From Mobula hypostoma (lineage: Eukaryota), in contig NC_086107.1 of the NCBI RefSeq assembly GCF_963921235.1, forward strand, positions 110,052,001 to 110,116,000: a stretch of 64,000 nucleotides of DNA, given 5' to 3'. The notes below the pieces were generated by a model, which saw only the letters and a program-made list of their open reading frames with translations, ran no database searches and was not told the origin of the DNA. The position numbers were made by a program, and so were the translations under genes. Every line of letters starts with the position of its first letter. The first letter of the stretch is position 1. Shown here piece by piece: positions 47,545-60,487 of this stretch.

Positions 47545-49792
47545 GAGGCCAAGAGTCAATCTTATGGTACAATAGGAGATCCATTCAAAAGTCTGATAAC
47601 AGCGGGATAGAAGCTGTCCTTGATCCTGCTGGAATGCGTTCTCAGGTTTTTGTACCTTCTGCCTGACGGGAGAGAATGGTGGGGAGTATATTGACTGGCA
47701 GCATCACAGCCTGGCATGGAAACACCTTGGACAGAAAATCCAACAAAAAATAGTGGATACAGCCCAGTCCATCAGAGATTGAGTCCTCCCCACCACTGAG
47801 CACGTCTACACAGAGTGTTGTCGCAGGAAGGCAGCATCCACCATCAAGAGCCCCCACACCCAGGACATGCCCTTTCCTCACTGCTGCCATCAGGACGTGA
47901 GTGAAGGAGCCTCGGGGTTCACACCGCCAGGTTCAGGAACGGTTACTACCCCTCAACCATCAGGCTCTTAAACCAAAGAGGACATCTTCACCCAATTTCA
48001 CTTGTTCCATCACTGAAATACTCCCACAGTCTATGGACTCACTTCCAAGGACTCTTCATCTCATGTTTTGAATATTTGTTGCTAATTTATTTATTATTAA
48101 TTTCTTTCTTCATTTGCACAATTTATTGTCTTTTGAACACCCAATTGGTGCAATCTTTCACTGATTCTATTATGGTTATTGGATTTATCGAGTATCCGCA
48201 CAAGAAAAAATAATCTCATGGTTGTATATGATGACGTGTATGTACTTTGATAATAAATTTACTTTGAATTTTGAACTTTGTACTTTAAACTATGTATTAT
48301 GGTTGAGGGAGCATGCAGTCCGAGATGGGATACAGCCAACTAGCTGGTTTTTGGATTATTTAATTATTTCTACCCAGTTGGACATGAAGCAGTTAATTGC
48401 TTAAACTTATACAAGACGTAGATGAGGCCACATTTGGAATATTGTCTTCAGTTTTGATCACTCTGCTGTAGGAAAGACAAATGTATAAAGATGTATATTT
48501 ATAGAGATGCATAAAGTCATGAGGAGCATAGATTGGGTGAATGCACATGGTCTTTTTCTCAGGGCTGGGGAATCAGTAAATAAAGGGCATCAACATGAGA
48601 GAGTCTGCAGATGCTGGAAATCCAGAGCAACACACACACACACACAAAATGCTGGAGGAACTCAGCAGGCCAGGCAGCATCTATGGAAATGAATAAACAG
48701 CTGGCATTTTGGGCCGAGACTCTTCATCAGGGCTGGAAAGGAAGGGGGAAGGGCCAAAATAAAAGGGTTGGGGGGAGGCCAAGCTAGAAGGCGAAGGCGG
48801 GTGGGTGGGAAAGGTAAAGGGCTGGAGAAGAAGGAATCCGATGGAAAAGGAGAGTGAACCATGGGAGAAGGGGAGGGAGTAAGTTCACCAGGGATAGGCA
48901 GTTGAATAGCAGAGGCCAGAATGGGAAATGGAAAAAGGGTAGAGGAAAAAAATCACCAGAAGGAGAAATTGATATTCATGCCATCAGGTTGGAGGCTATC
49001 TAGATTGCTATGATTAATTGTAGAAGGTATAGATTTTGAGTGAGATAGGAGAGATTGAATAGGAACTTGAGCGAAAACCTTTTCCACCACAGGGTGGTCG
49101 GCATATGGAGTGAGCTGTTGGAGCAAGGGGTGAAGGCAAGTACATTAACAATATTTGAGAGGGGTTTGGAGGGGTACATGGATGGGAAAGGTTGAGCAGA
49201 ATATGGGCCAATCACAGTCAAACGGGACTAGTTTAGATTAGAACCACAAGAGGTTCTGCCGATGCTGGAAATCCAGAGCGACCGACACACACAGAAAGGG
49301 AGTCAAAACCCTAGATGAGAATTTTGCTTGGCTTGCACGAGTTAGGCTGCCTGGCTAAAATTGCTTGTCATGTTTTCATCTGTGTATGTTGCTGATAAAG
49401 CAGTTCAGATCTGATGAGTCATGCTTTGCAAGTTACCACCTTCTGACCACACCTCACTAAAACTTACCATCAGGAACAGGCTGACTGCACACATTGAACT
49501 GAAGAGAACAGGCTATCCGGGAATATTGAACCATACAATGAGAAAGGATTACACAATAATCTTAGTAACACTCATATACATAAGGCAGCACCTGTGCAAA
49601 GAGAAACAAGGTTAATGTGTTGGATTCAAGACTCTCCTAATTCCAATAATTTTGCTCACCCCCTTCCCTCTTCTTCTATTCTGGCCTCTTACATCTTCTC
49701 CTCACCTGCCTATCATCTCCCCGGTGCCCTCCTCCTTCCCTTTCTCCTCACCTAGCAGATTCCTTCCTCTCCAGCCCTTTACCTTTCCCACA

Positions 49793-50165
49793 TATAAGAT
49801 TATTAAGGGATTAGACACGCTAGAGGCAGGAAACATGTTCCCGATGTTGGGGGAGTCCAGAACCAGAGGCCACAGTTTAAGAATAAGGGGTAGACAATTT
49901 AGAACGGAGTTGAGGAAAAACTTTCTCACACAGAGGGCTGTGGTTCTGTGGAATGCTCTGCCTCAGAAGGCAGTGGAGGCCAATTCTCTGGATTCTTTCA
50001 AGAAAGAGTTAGATAGAGCTCTTAATGATAGCAGAGTGAAGGGATATGGGGAGAAGGCAGGAAAAGGATACTGATTGTGGATGATCAGCCATGATCACAG
50101 TGAATGGTGGTGCTGGCTCGAAGAACTGAATGGCCTACTCCTGCACCTATTGTCTATTGTCTATT
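49793..50165 (+). mobile_element. CR1 3' end inserted in an old Penelope-derived repeat
   Basis: YKIIKGLD...SRTRGHSLRI...NFLTQR..LWNALP; (CTATTGT)n tail at about 50147-50167. Confidence 0.75.
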
Positions 50166-51110
50166 GTCACCCATCTGGCTTCACCTATCACCTTCCAGCT
50201 GGTCCTCCTCTCCTTCCCCCACCTTTTTTTAACGGCGTTTCCCCCTTCCTTTCCAGACCTGATAAAGGGTCTCAGACATTGATATTCCTTTTCACAGATG
50301 CTGCTTGACCTGGTGAAATCCTCCAGCAATTTGTGTGCGCTCCTCTGCATCTCCAGTGTCTGCAGGATTTCTTGTCTGTATGATTTGCTGCTCCACTGAG
50401 AAATCTCTTTGTGGAATGGCTACCCTGGAGAAGTTTAAATTTGCTCTTCAACAGGAGTTCAGAGAGACTCTCTCTCACTGCCCCCTCTCTGTGATCTCTG
50501 CCGCCCTCCAAATCTTTGATCATGTGCTCACCCAAACTCGCACCTCCCAGCTTGTACTCCTTCCCCTCCTCCCCATCTTCTTAATCTGGCTTCTTCCCCC
50601 TTCCTTTTGAGTCCTGTTGAAGGGTCTCGGCCCAAAACATTGACTGTTCATTCCTTTCCACAGATGCTGTCTGACCTGCTGAGTTCCTCCAGCATTTTGT
50701 GTTCGCTATTTTGAATTTCTAGCATCTGCAGAGTGCCTTGTGTTTATAATATTTTCTATTTAGTCCAGAATTCGAATACCTGCTGTTTTTTAAATTTAAA
50801 ACAGATTATTTTATTTAGAGAGATAGCATGGAATAGGCCCTTCTGGCCCTTTCAACCTTGCCACCAGAAACCCCCTATTTAACCCTAGCCTAATCAGTTT
50901 AGAATGATCAATTAACTTACAGACCAGTACGTCTTTGAACCATGGGAGGATGCTGGAGGACATGGAGGAAAACCCATGCATTCCCTGGACGTACAGAGAC
51001 TCCTTACAGAGGACACCGGGAATGAACTAGGAACTCCGATGCCCCGAGTTGTAATACCATTGCGCTAACCACTACTGTGGCGCTCAGCAAACTTTTTATT
51101 AATAATCTTG

Positions 51111-51700
51111 TTGACAAAGCCACTTTGGAAAGAGGGATAATAATTCAAAGGAATTTGGCACTGAGTTTGGGGGAAAATGATCATTGTTGACAAATCTATT
51201 TGGGGAAAAGTGATCATAATTCACAAAGCTATGTGGGGAAGAATAGTCATAATTCACAAATCCATTTGGGGAAGAATGATCATATTTCACAAAGGCATTT
51301 GGGGAAGAGTGATCATAATTCAATGGAATTTGGCACTGAGTTTGAGAAAGAGTTCTCCAAGAGGACTCCCTTGTCGTACAGGATGGAGGCTTGTGTGTCT
51401 CAATGATCCAGAGTGCTATGTTGGCTGGAGTCACGGCCTTGTGCTTTGACTGTTAGTATGGTTATCCATGCCAAACAGGTGAAAGCATAGAGGCCAGACT
51501 AAGAGTTGTCCATTGGTCCTACAAGCTCAGGGATTCAGCTCATCATTACGGAAACAGCAATGAAGAATCCTACTGCTCTCCTAAAGGCCAGTGGTGTAAC
51601 AGGCATTTGATGATCATGATGATTGGGAAAGAGAGATCATAATTCTCAAAGCCATTTGGGAAAGAATGATCATAATTCACTGGAATTTGGCACCAAGTCT
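51111..51700. repeat. 33-bp minisatellite interrupted by a roughly 270-bp insertion (about 51353-51622)
   Basis: Units approximate TTCACAAAGCCATTTGGGGAAGAATGATCATAA, with three variant units containing GGAATTTGGCAC. Confidence 0.75.
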
Positions 51701-52124
51701 GAAAATTATGTAGTTAAAAGTATTAAATCTAAAGGCAACTTGTATGAGAAGACATTTGACTGTGATTGATGAGGAGAATACATAGAATGTGCTGGTAAAT
51801 GTGGAAGATTGATGCCACGGTAGTGTAGTGGTTAGCACAACGTTATTACAGCTCAGAAGTGTCAGAGTTCAATTCCGGCGTCCTCTGTAAGGAGTGTGTA
51901 TGTTCTCCCCATGACCACCTGGTTTTCCACCAGGTGCTGCGGTTTCCTCCCACAATCCAGAGCCGTACCAGTTAGCAGGCCAAATGGTCATCAGGTAAAT
52001 TGACCTGCGAATAGGGTAAAGTTAAATGTGTGTGTTGCTGGCAGTGTGACTCAGTGAGCTTTGTCTCTTAGGAGACATTCCACTACAATTCACACACGTT
52101 GGGCCTGTTCCATGCCTTCTTTTC

Positions 52125-52150
52125 TAAATAAATAAATAAATAAATAAATA
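52125..52150 (+). repeat. (TAAA)n microsatellite at a SINE 3' end
   Basis: Six tandem TAAA units. Confidence 0.8.
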
Positions 52151-52893
52151 AGAGAAGCAACTTGCATGAATTGCAATGACAAGTCCCCTCAGACACACAG
52201 CAAAAGGTAAAGTGATTCACACTTGGCTGACAAGTGAAAATAAAGTATTAAACTGAAGGAAGAAACGTACAAAGGTACCAGAAATAGGCCTGGGAATTAG
52301 AACTTTAAAATGGAGGACCAAGAAATTGATAAAAATGACAAAACAGAATATGAGAGTAGGTGCACAAGAGATTTTATGGATTTTCCTCCTTCACATAGAG
52401 GAAAAGATTAGTGAGGATTAATGCGGGAACTAACAGAGAGTTTAAGTTAAGCCCATCGGCACTCTGGGGCATGGGCAGCTGACGGCAACTCACCAGAGCC
52501 CTCTGTCCTGGGCCATCTTTCAAGTTGTCCCAGGTGTAGCCCATCCCGTCTTCTCCTTCCTCCCCCGGGAAGGAGCTCTTTGCGAAGCTTTTGTTAGCAC
52601 TTTTGTAGCTCTGGGTTTTTACCGGACGGAGTTGCTAGCCCCCGCACACAACCCTCCTCCTTTTACAGTCGGGCTTGGGACCGTCCATGGCGAAGCTAGC
52701 TAGCAGATAGAGGCAAGAATCGGCAGGTAGAACCACAATCAGAGAAATTACTGTACTTGAAAAATTAAAGAATCAGACCGGCGTATGTCGTGAAACTTGC
52801 TGTCTTTGCGGCAGCAGTGCATAATAACAGAGAAAAGACATGGTTTACGGTCACTATATATGTAAATTAAATAAATAGTGCAAAAATAGAAAT

Positions 52894-53605
52894 TAAGGAG
52901 AGGAGAGCTAAGGTACCGGTGACCCCTGTTTTCATCCAGTGGTCAGTGTGGACATGGTGGAGGATTACAAATACCTGGGGATACGAATTGACAATAAACT
53001 GGACTGGTCAAAGAACACTGAGGCTGTCTACAAGAAGGGCCAGAGCCGTCTCTATTTCCTGAGGAGACTGAGGTCCTTTAACATCTGCCGGACGATGCTG
53101 AGGATGTTCTATGAGTCTGTGGTGGCCAGTGCTATCATGTTTGCTGTTGTGTGCTGGGGCAGCAGGCTGAGGGTAGCAGACACCAACAGAATCAACCAAC
53201 TCATTCGTAAGGCCAGTGATGTTGTGGGGATGGAACTGGACTCTCTGACGGTGGTGTCTGAAAAGAGGATGCTGTCCAAGTTGCATGCCATCTTGGACAA
53301 TGTCTCCCATCCACTACATAATGTACTGGGTGGGCACAGGAGTACATTCAGCCAGAGACTCATTCCTCCGAGATGCAGCACAGAGCGTCATAGGAAGTCA
53401 TTCCTGCCTGTGGCCATCAAACTTTACAACTCCTCCCTTGGAGGGTCAGACACCCTGAGCCAATAGGCTGGTCCTGGACTTATTTCCTGGCATAATTTAC
53501 ATATTACTATTTAACTATTTATGGTTTTATTACTATTTAATTATTTATAGTGCAACTGTAATGAAAACCACTTTCCCCCGGGATCAATAAAGTATGACCA
53601 TGACT
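52894..53605 (+). mobile_element. Rex1/Babar-type LINE 3' end, young copy
   Basis: Uninterrupted ORF YKYLGIRIDNKLDWS...RLYFLRRLRSF...KSFLPVAIKLYN; AATAAAGTATGACCATGAC tail. Confidence 0.8.
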
Positions 53606-54685
53606 AAAAAAGTAGTGAGATAGTGTCCATTCAGAAATTGGATGGCAGAGGGGAAGAAGCTGTTCCTGAATCGCTGAGTGTGTGCCTTCAGGCTTCTGCA
53701 CCTCCTTCCTGAGTGGCAGCAATGGGAACAAGGCACGTTCTGGGTGGTGGGACCCCTTAATAATGGATGCCTCCCTTTTGAGGCATCGTTCCTTGAAGAT
53801 GTCCTGGATACTACAGAGGTTAGTGCCCATGACGGAGCTGACTAAGTTTATAGTCAACTTATGCAGCTTAGTCAACTCTGCAGCTTATTTCGATCCTGTG
53901 CAGTAGCCCCCCACCACATCCCCCCCCACCCCACCACCATACCAGACGGTGATGCAGCCAGTTAGAATGCTCACCACAGTACACCTGTAGGAATTTGCAA
54001 GAGACTCACTTTATTTATCGCATGTACATCGAAACAGTGAAATGGGCCGTTTGCCTCAACAGCGAGTGTGCTGGGATAGATTGCAAATTAATTATGGTAC
54101 AGCAAGAGCATACTGGAAATAACAGGTAATTCTCAGGTCGGCAGCGTAGCTGTGCGGAGAATCCTCGAAGGATTATATGGTCTACTCCTGTTTCTCGTAT
54201 TTTTATATTTAGAAGTTGCATTTCACTCCAAGTGCTGTTGTGTAGGAAGTATACAAGATACCAAGAGCGTAAGCAACACTTTAGCATAGCAGTACATGGC
54301 ATGCAATGCCCACTTCAACGGGAAACGCTCAATGGGGACAACGTTGGAAATAGCGATTATGTCTCCTTTTAGCAGAAATGTGGGCTGATGGTCAGGCACA
54401 GGAGCAGGTATCTCACTTTTCCAATGCTCGATGGCCACAGTATAGGGGATGGCCGCTGGGAGCAGGGCTTGGGACCCCAGGCCCACTTAAGGAAGTAGAA
54501 AGGTCTTGTTTGTAAAACCGTGGTGGATCTGGTGCATCAGAGGAGAATCTGACCTTGTATTCCTAGAAGGATTTCCCAAAAAACAGTTCAGGTGAACAGT
54601 AACTATGACGTTATGAATGACATTATTGCTGTTTGCCCAGTGCCTCTGAGGATAGGCATGGCCTGTGAAAGAATGCATGCACTTC

Positions 54686-55552
54686 CGTTACATACCTCAT
54701 GGATATCTTGTGACTGTCTTATGGGGATGATGTAATGGTCTTGCAGAGGTCACATGATGTAATTTTCCCGCCGATGTGAGGTCACGTGATGACCTGTTCT
54801 CACCAGGTATATAAGTGTAGACCCCTGGTGACGCAGTTGGTTTTCCAGTTAGAACGTTAGCCAGAGACTCTGCTCTGCTGCGTATTTGCCTTATGACGCA
54901 GTTTCGATTTAAAATGGAGTTTTACATTCTATTGTAAGGTACAAAAGTGCTGGACCGGCAGTTTAACCAATTTCTGCCAGGTTTGTTGATGTATCTTTTC
55001 AGTAGTATTGGAGGGTGAAGACGGGAACCTGAAGGAGTCGTTCGACGATTGAAAGTATCGACCATTATTGAATTGGTTCAAGAAAGAGTGATCTGCATGA
55101 GATAGCCTCTGCTAAAAGTGGCAGAAAGGGCTGTGCAGGACCTAGTATCTAGAGGAAAAAGGTCAGTGCCTTTAAACCGTTTTACTTCCGTCGTTGTGAG
55201 TCCTGCGGACAAGGCAGGATCCGGCTGGGATTGGCGTGACGTCGTGTCTTCGAGGAATTCTTTACTAAAGGGAAGTCTCTCCTGATTGACTGTATAAATC
55301 TCTTGGACTTTCGAATTTACCATTCTAAGAACTGTGTTTGAATTTACCGCTTTAAGAACTGTTTTTGCATTTATCGCTTTAAGAACCAGTACTGAGTGGC
55401 GGTTTGTTAAATGGCCACGTAGCAGTTTACTTCCAGTTAAGATTTTCGTTTGTTTATTTTTTTATATTGAGCAGAGTTGAATAAATGTTTGATTGTTTTT
55501 ATAAAACCTGACTCAATTCAATTCTATTTTCATTGTTGCCCGTCACATGACA
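54686..55552 (+). mobile_element. Probable solo LTR (Gypsy/ERV-like)
   Basis: 4-bp TSD CTTC at 54682-54685 and 55553-55556; ends (C)GTTAC...GACA; TATATAAG near 54808; AATAAA at 55480; CpG-retaining and non-coding. Confidence 0.6.
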
Positions 55553-56775
55553 CTTCAAGTTCAGTTTGTCTGCTCTTCTGCTAGACCATGTTGAGTGCTT
55601 GATGTTCCATGTCCTATTTTTCGGGTTGAGCCATGGAATTGATTTTGCAACTGCTGATAATTTCCTGTGCAAAAGGGACCGAGAAACAGGAAGGTTTCAT
55701 TGTCAACAATCAGCATGCTGGCAAAAGTGAGACAGAGGCTACGGTAGCGTGCTGGTTAGTACAACGATATCACAACTCGGGCCGTTGGATTTCGCGGTTC
55801 AATCCCGCCGTCCCCTGTAAGGAAGTTTATATGTTCTTTCTGTGTGTTCCCTCTGGGTGCTCTGGTTTCCTCCCACAGTCCAAAGACGTACAAGTTAGTA
55901 GGTTAATTGGTCATTGTGAATTGTCCTGTGATTAGGCTACAGTTAAACAGGTGGGTTCCTGGATGGCACGGTTCAAGGACCTGATTCACATTGTATCTCT
56001 AGATAAAATAGAAAATAAAATCAATGATGTCAGGCAGCATCTGTAGAGGGGAATGAATAGCCAGCCTTTTGGGTCATGTCCCTTCATCAGGCCATTATTC
56101 TCATGCCCACCTGAGTTCGGCTAATATACAAAATGGTTTTATGTGACTATCTTAACCATTGAACAACTACGTGAAATTGAAGACTTATAAGACAAACATG
56201 CATTTCTCACCAGCAGGTAGTAAAATACTTTCAACTTCAGTTGTTTGCCTTCATTTTTGGCTTGGAGATGAAATTATCTGCGCTTTGTCAACTTGTGAAC
56301 GAGGGAAAGTAAAATGTTATAAAGCATTCACCAATCTCTGTGGGACTCAGTCTATGGCCTTGTATCGTCGTTGATCAACAGGACTCTAAAAACTCACACT
56401 CTTTCCTCAACCACACTTTATTTTGCTTGTGCACAAGAAGAACAGTGTGGCCCCTTTCACCCCACTGTTCTGAAGTCTGAGTGGAGAAATGTTATTTTTA
56501 TACAGGATTGACAAGCAGTTACAGATGTTGACTGTTTGGTAAACTGTAAAGCAACACACACAAAATGATGGAGGAACTCAGCAGGTCAGGCAGCATCTAT
56601 AGAAATGAATAAACAGTTAACATTTCGGGCTGAGACCCTTCTTCAGGACTGAAATGGAAGGGGTAAGATGCCAGAATAAGAGGTAGTGGGGAGGGGAAAG
56701 AGGCCAGCTAGAAGGTGATAGAACTATGTATGTTTGAATTCCTTACTTGCAAGATCAATTGTTATTCACAATAGA

Positions 56776-57285
56776 GGCCTCCTCTACTGTAAAGATGAAG
56801 CCACACTCAGGTTGGAGGAACAACACCTTATATTCCGTCTGGGTAGCCTCCAACCTGATAGCATGAACATTGACTTCCCAAACTTCCGCTAATGCCCCAC
56901 CTCCCCCCGTACACCATCCATTATTTATTTATATACACACATTCTTTTTCTTTCTCTCCTTTTTCTCCCTCTATCCCTCTCACTATACCCCTTGCCCATC
57001 CTCTGGGCTTCACCCCTCCCCCTTTCTTTCTCCCTGGATCTCCTGTCCCATGATCCTCTCATATCCCTTTTGACAATCAACTGTCCAGCTCTTGGCTCCA
57101 TCCCTCCCCCTCCTGTCTTCTCCTATCATTTTGGATCTCCCTCTCCCCCTCCAACTTTCAAATCCCTTACTCACTCTTCCTTCAGTTAGTCCTGATGAAG
57201 GGTCTCAGCCTGAAACGTCGACTGCACCTCTTCCTAGAGATGTTGCCTGGCCTGCTGCATTCACCAGCAACTTTTATGTGTGTTA
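56776..57285 (+). mobile_element. Penelope-like 3' fragment with hammerhead at 57188-57223 (+)
   Basis: GLLYCKDEATLRLEEQHL remnant plus terminal repeat; AGTC-CTGATGA-AGGGTCTCAGCCT-GAAAC-GTC-GACT. Confidence 0.8.
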
Positions 57286-57729
57286 CTAGAAACTACAAGC
57301 TAACAGCTTCAAGGAGCGGCCCCTCAGGTGGCATCCAGCAGTAAGGACCCCCATCACTCAGGACCTGCCCTTTTCTCACTGTTACCATCAACAAGGATGT
57401 ACAGAAGGCTGAAGGCACACACTCAGCGCTTCAGGAACAGCTTCTTCCCCTCTGCCATCTGATTTCGAAATGGACATTGAACCCATGAACACAGCCTCAC
57501 TTTTTCATTACAGTATTTCTGTTTTTGGACTACTATTTTTAAATTAACCATTTAATATACATATATATATTTACTGTAATCCATTTTTCCCTATATTTAT
57601 CATGTATTGCATTGTACTGCTGCCACAAAGTTAACAAATTTCACAACTCGTGCCAGTGATATTAAACCTGTTTCTGATATTTTGAAGTTAGTAATTGTCC
57701 CCTTGTAAGAACATGTGTTTCATATCATT

Positions 57730-58240
57730 CAGTTACTGTGCTCAGTTCTGGTCGCCTCACTACAGGAAGGATGTGGAAACCATAGAAAGGGTGCAGAGGA
57801 GATTTACAAGGATGTTGCCTGGATTGGGGAGCATGCCTTATGAGAATAGGTTGAGTGAACTCGGCCTTTTCTCCTTGGAATGACAGAGGATGAGCGGTGA
57901 CTTGATAGAGGTGTATAAGATGATGAGAGGCTTTTCCCCAGGGCTGAAATGGCTAGCGCGAGAGGATGTAGTTTTAAGGTGCTTGGAAGTAGGTACAGAG
58001 GAGATGTCAGGGGTAAGTTTTTTATGCAAAGAGTGGTGGGTGCGTGGAATGGGCTGCCGGCGACGGTGGTGGAGTTGGAAACGATAGGGTCTTTGAAGAG
58101 ACTCCTGGATGGCTACATGGAGCTTAGAAAAATAGAGGGCTATGGGTAAAGCCTAGGTAGTTCTAAGGTAGGGACATGTTCAGCACAGCTTTGTGGGCTG
58201 AAGGGCCTATATTGTGCTATAGGTTTTCTACGTTTCTAGT
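57730..58240 (+). mobile_element. CR1 3' fragment
   Basis: YCAQFWSPHYRKDVETIERVQRRFTRMLPGL...; TTTCTA-type tail. Confidence 0.75.
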
Positions 58241-59674
58241 TACAATCTTATCTTGTCTCCATTACATTAATGCCTCATCTCTGTAAGTGAAATGGTTCTG
58301 AGAATCTGCTATAGAAAGGAACACTATGCTTCCCTTCCTGGGCTGTGTGCACACCGTCTGCAAACCATCCTTGCCTGGACATTATGTTAACCCTTGCCTT
58401 ACCACAACTCTCACACTTACAAGGAAATGGGTGTGGTATTCTGAAAGATGGGGGGCGGGCAGTCTAACAGAATGAAAGACCTAATCATGTCAACAAAATC
58501 TATCCTGTGATCTTTACAAGATTCACTCTTCGCTCACAGCTAACTTCTACATTTAGAAGGTACTTGGTATATCAAATGTACTGGGAGTAATTTAAACTCA
58601 GCCCAGAGTGAGAGGAACAGGTGAAGGGAAAGTGCAGCGTTACTGGGTTGGGAGTGATTGACCAATCCGTTCTCAGGAACAGATCAAAGTTCAAAGTAGA
58701 ATACGTCACCCTGAGATTCATTTTCCTGCAGGCATTCGCAGTAGAACAAAGAAATACAATAGAATCAGTGGAAAACTGTACACAACGGCTGACAAAATGT
58801 GCAAAAGAGGACAAACTGTGCAAATATTTAAAAAAACAAATAATAATATTATTTTTTTTATTTAGAGACACAGAGCAGAACAGGCCCCTCTAGCCCAACA
58901 TGCCTCGCTGCCCAACAACTCACCCATACTGAGAACACAAGTTGTAGAGTCATTGAGAGTGAGTCCATAGGTTGTGGAATCAGTTCAGAGTTGAGGTGAG
59001 CGAAGTTATCCACGCTGGTTCAGGAGTCTAATGGTTGAAGGCTAATAACTCTTCCTGAACCTGGTGGTGTGGGATCTAAGGCTCCTGTACCTCCTTCCCG
59101 ATGACAGCAGTGAGAAGAGAGCACGGTCTGGATGGTAGGGGTCCCTAATGATGGATGATGCTTTCTTGTAACAGTGCTACTTGTAGGTGTGCCTAATGGT
59201 GGGGAGGGGGCTTCTCCTGTGATGGACTGGGCTCTGTCCACCACTCTCTGTAGGCTTTCCTGTTCTTGGTCTTTGGTGTTTTCAAACCAGGCCGTGATAC
59301 AACCAATCACTTGATAAGGAGGTGGGGTACCTCTATCTTATCTTCTGCATGTTTCAGATTTTTAGAATGAAGAAGATCAGGGAAGACAACACAAACTGTC
59401 ACTAAAGGAGGAAGCCCACTTAGCAGAAGACAAATTGAAGTGAATTTCACTCAACCAGACCATTGGATGGATTGTTGATGCAAATGGCCCATTTCGCTGT
59501 GTGTTTTGATGTGCGTGTGATTTCAGTTTCAGATTTCTCTGCCATGTGTACATGGAAACATTCTGTGAAATGCGTCATTCACATTAACAACCAACACAGC
59601 ACAGGATGTGCTGGGGGCAGCCCCCACCACACATTCCAGTGTGACAAATACAAATAATCTTCATTAATCTCAGA

Positions 59675-60487
59675 TGGTGACGGGAGGGCGTACAGAAGCA
59701 AGATCTACCAGCTGGTGGAGTGGTGTCATAGCAACAACCTTGCACTCAACCTCAGTAAGATCAAAGAGCTGATTGAGGACTTCAGGAAGGGTAGAATAAA
59801 AGAACACACAGCAATCCTCATAGAGGGATCAGAAGTGGAGAGAGTGAGCAATTTCAAATTCCTGGGTGTCAAGATCTCTGAGGACCTGACCTGCTCACAA
59901 CATATTGATGCAGCTATAAAGAAGGCAAGACAGCATCTATATTTCATTTGTCACCTAAAACACTCAAAAACTTCTACAAATGTACTGTGGAAGGTAGTCA
60001 GCTGGCTGCATCACATCCTGGTATGGGGAGGGGTTGGCGACTGTAGAGGATCGAATTAAGTTGCAGAAAGTTGTAAAATTAGTTCCATCATGGGTACTAC
60101 CCCTCCCTAGCATCCAAGACATCCTCAAGGAGTGGTGTCCATCATTGAGGACCCCCACCACCCAGGACGTGTGCTCTTCTCACTGTTACCATCAGGAAGG
60201 AGATACAGAAGCCTGAAGGCACACACTCAACGATTCAGAAACAGCTTCTTCCCTTTGCCATCCGATTTCCGAATGGACGTTAAACCCATGAACGCTAACT
60301 CACCACTTCTAAGAAATTTTTTTTCTGTTTTTGCATTATTTATTTGAACTTAACCATTTAATATACATGTATGTACTTACTATAAATCAGGTTTTTTCCT
60401 ACATTTACCATGTATATCACTGTACTGCTGCCGCAAAGTTAGCACATTTCGCGACATATGCCGGTGATATTAAACCTGATTCTGATT
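59675..60487 (+). mobile_element. Degraded Rex1/Babar-type LINE 3' end
   Basis: WCHSNNLALN.SK.KEL..DFRK...FKFLGV.ISEDL...KKARQHLYF; SGRRYRSLKAHTQRFRNSFFP; ATTAAACCTGATTCTGATTC tail. Confidence 0.7.

Noticed and set aside
51111..51700. CRISPR-like regular repeats
   Set aside because: Units are contiguous with no unique spacers, and the context is vertebrate; a minisatellite.
54223..54678. Two consecutive same-frame minus-strand ORFs separated by one TAA
   Set aside because: No recognisable domain or coding-like composition; treated as chance.
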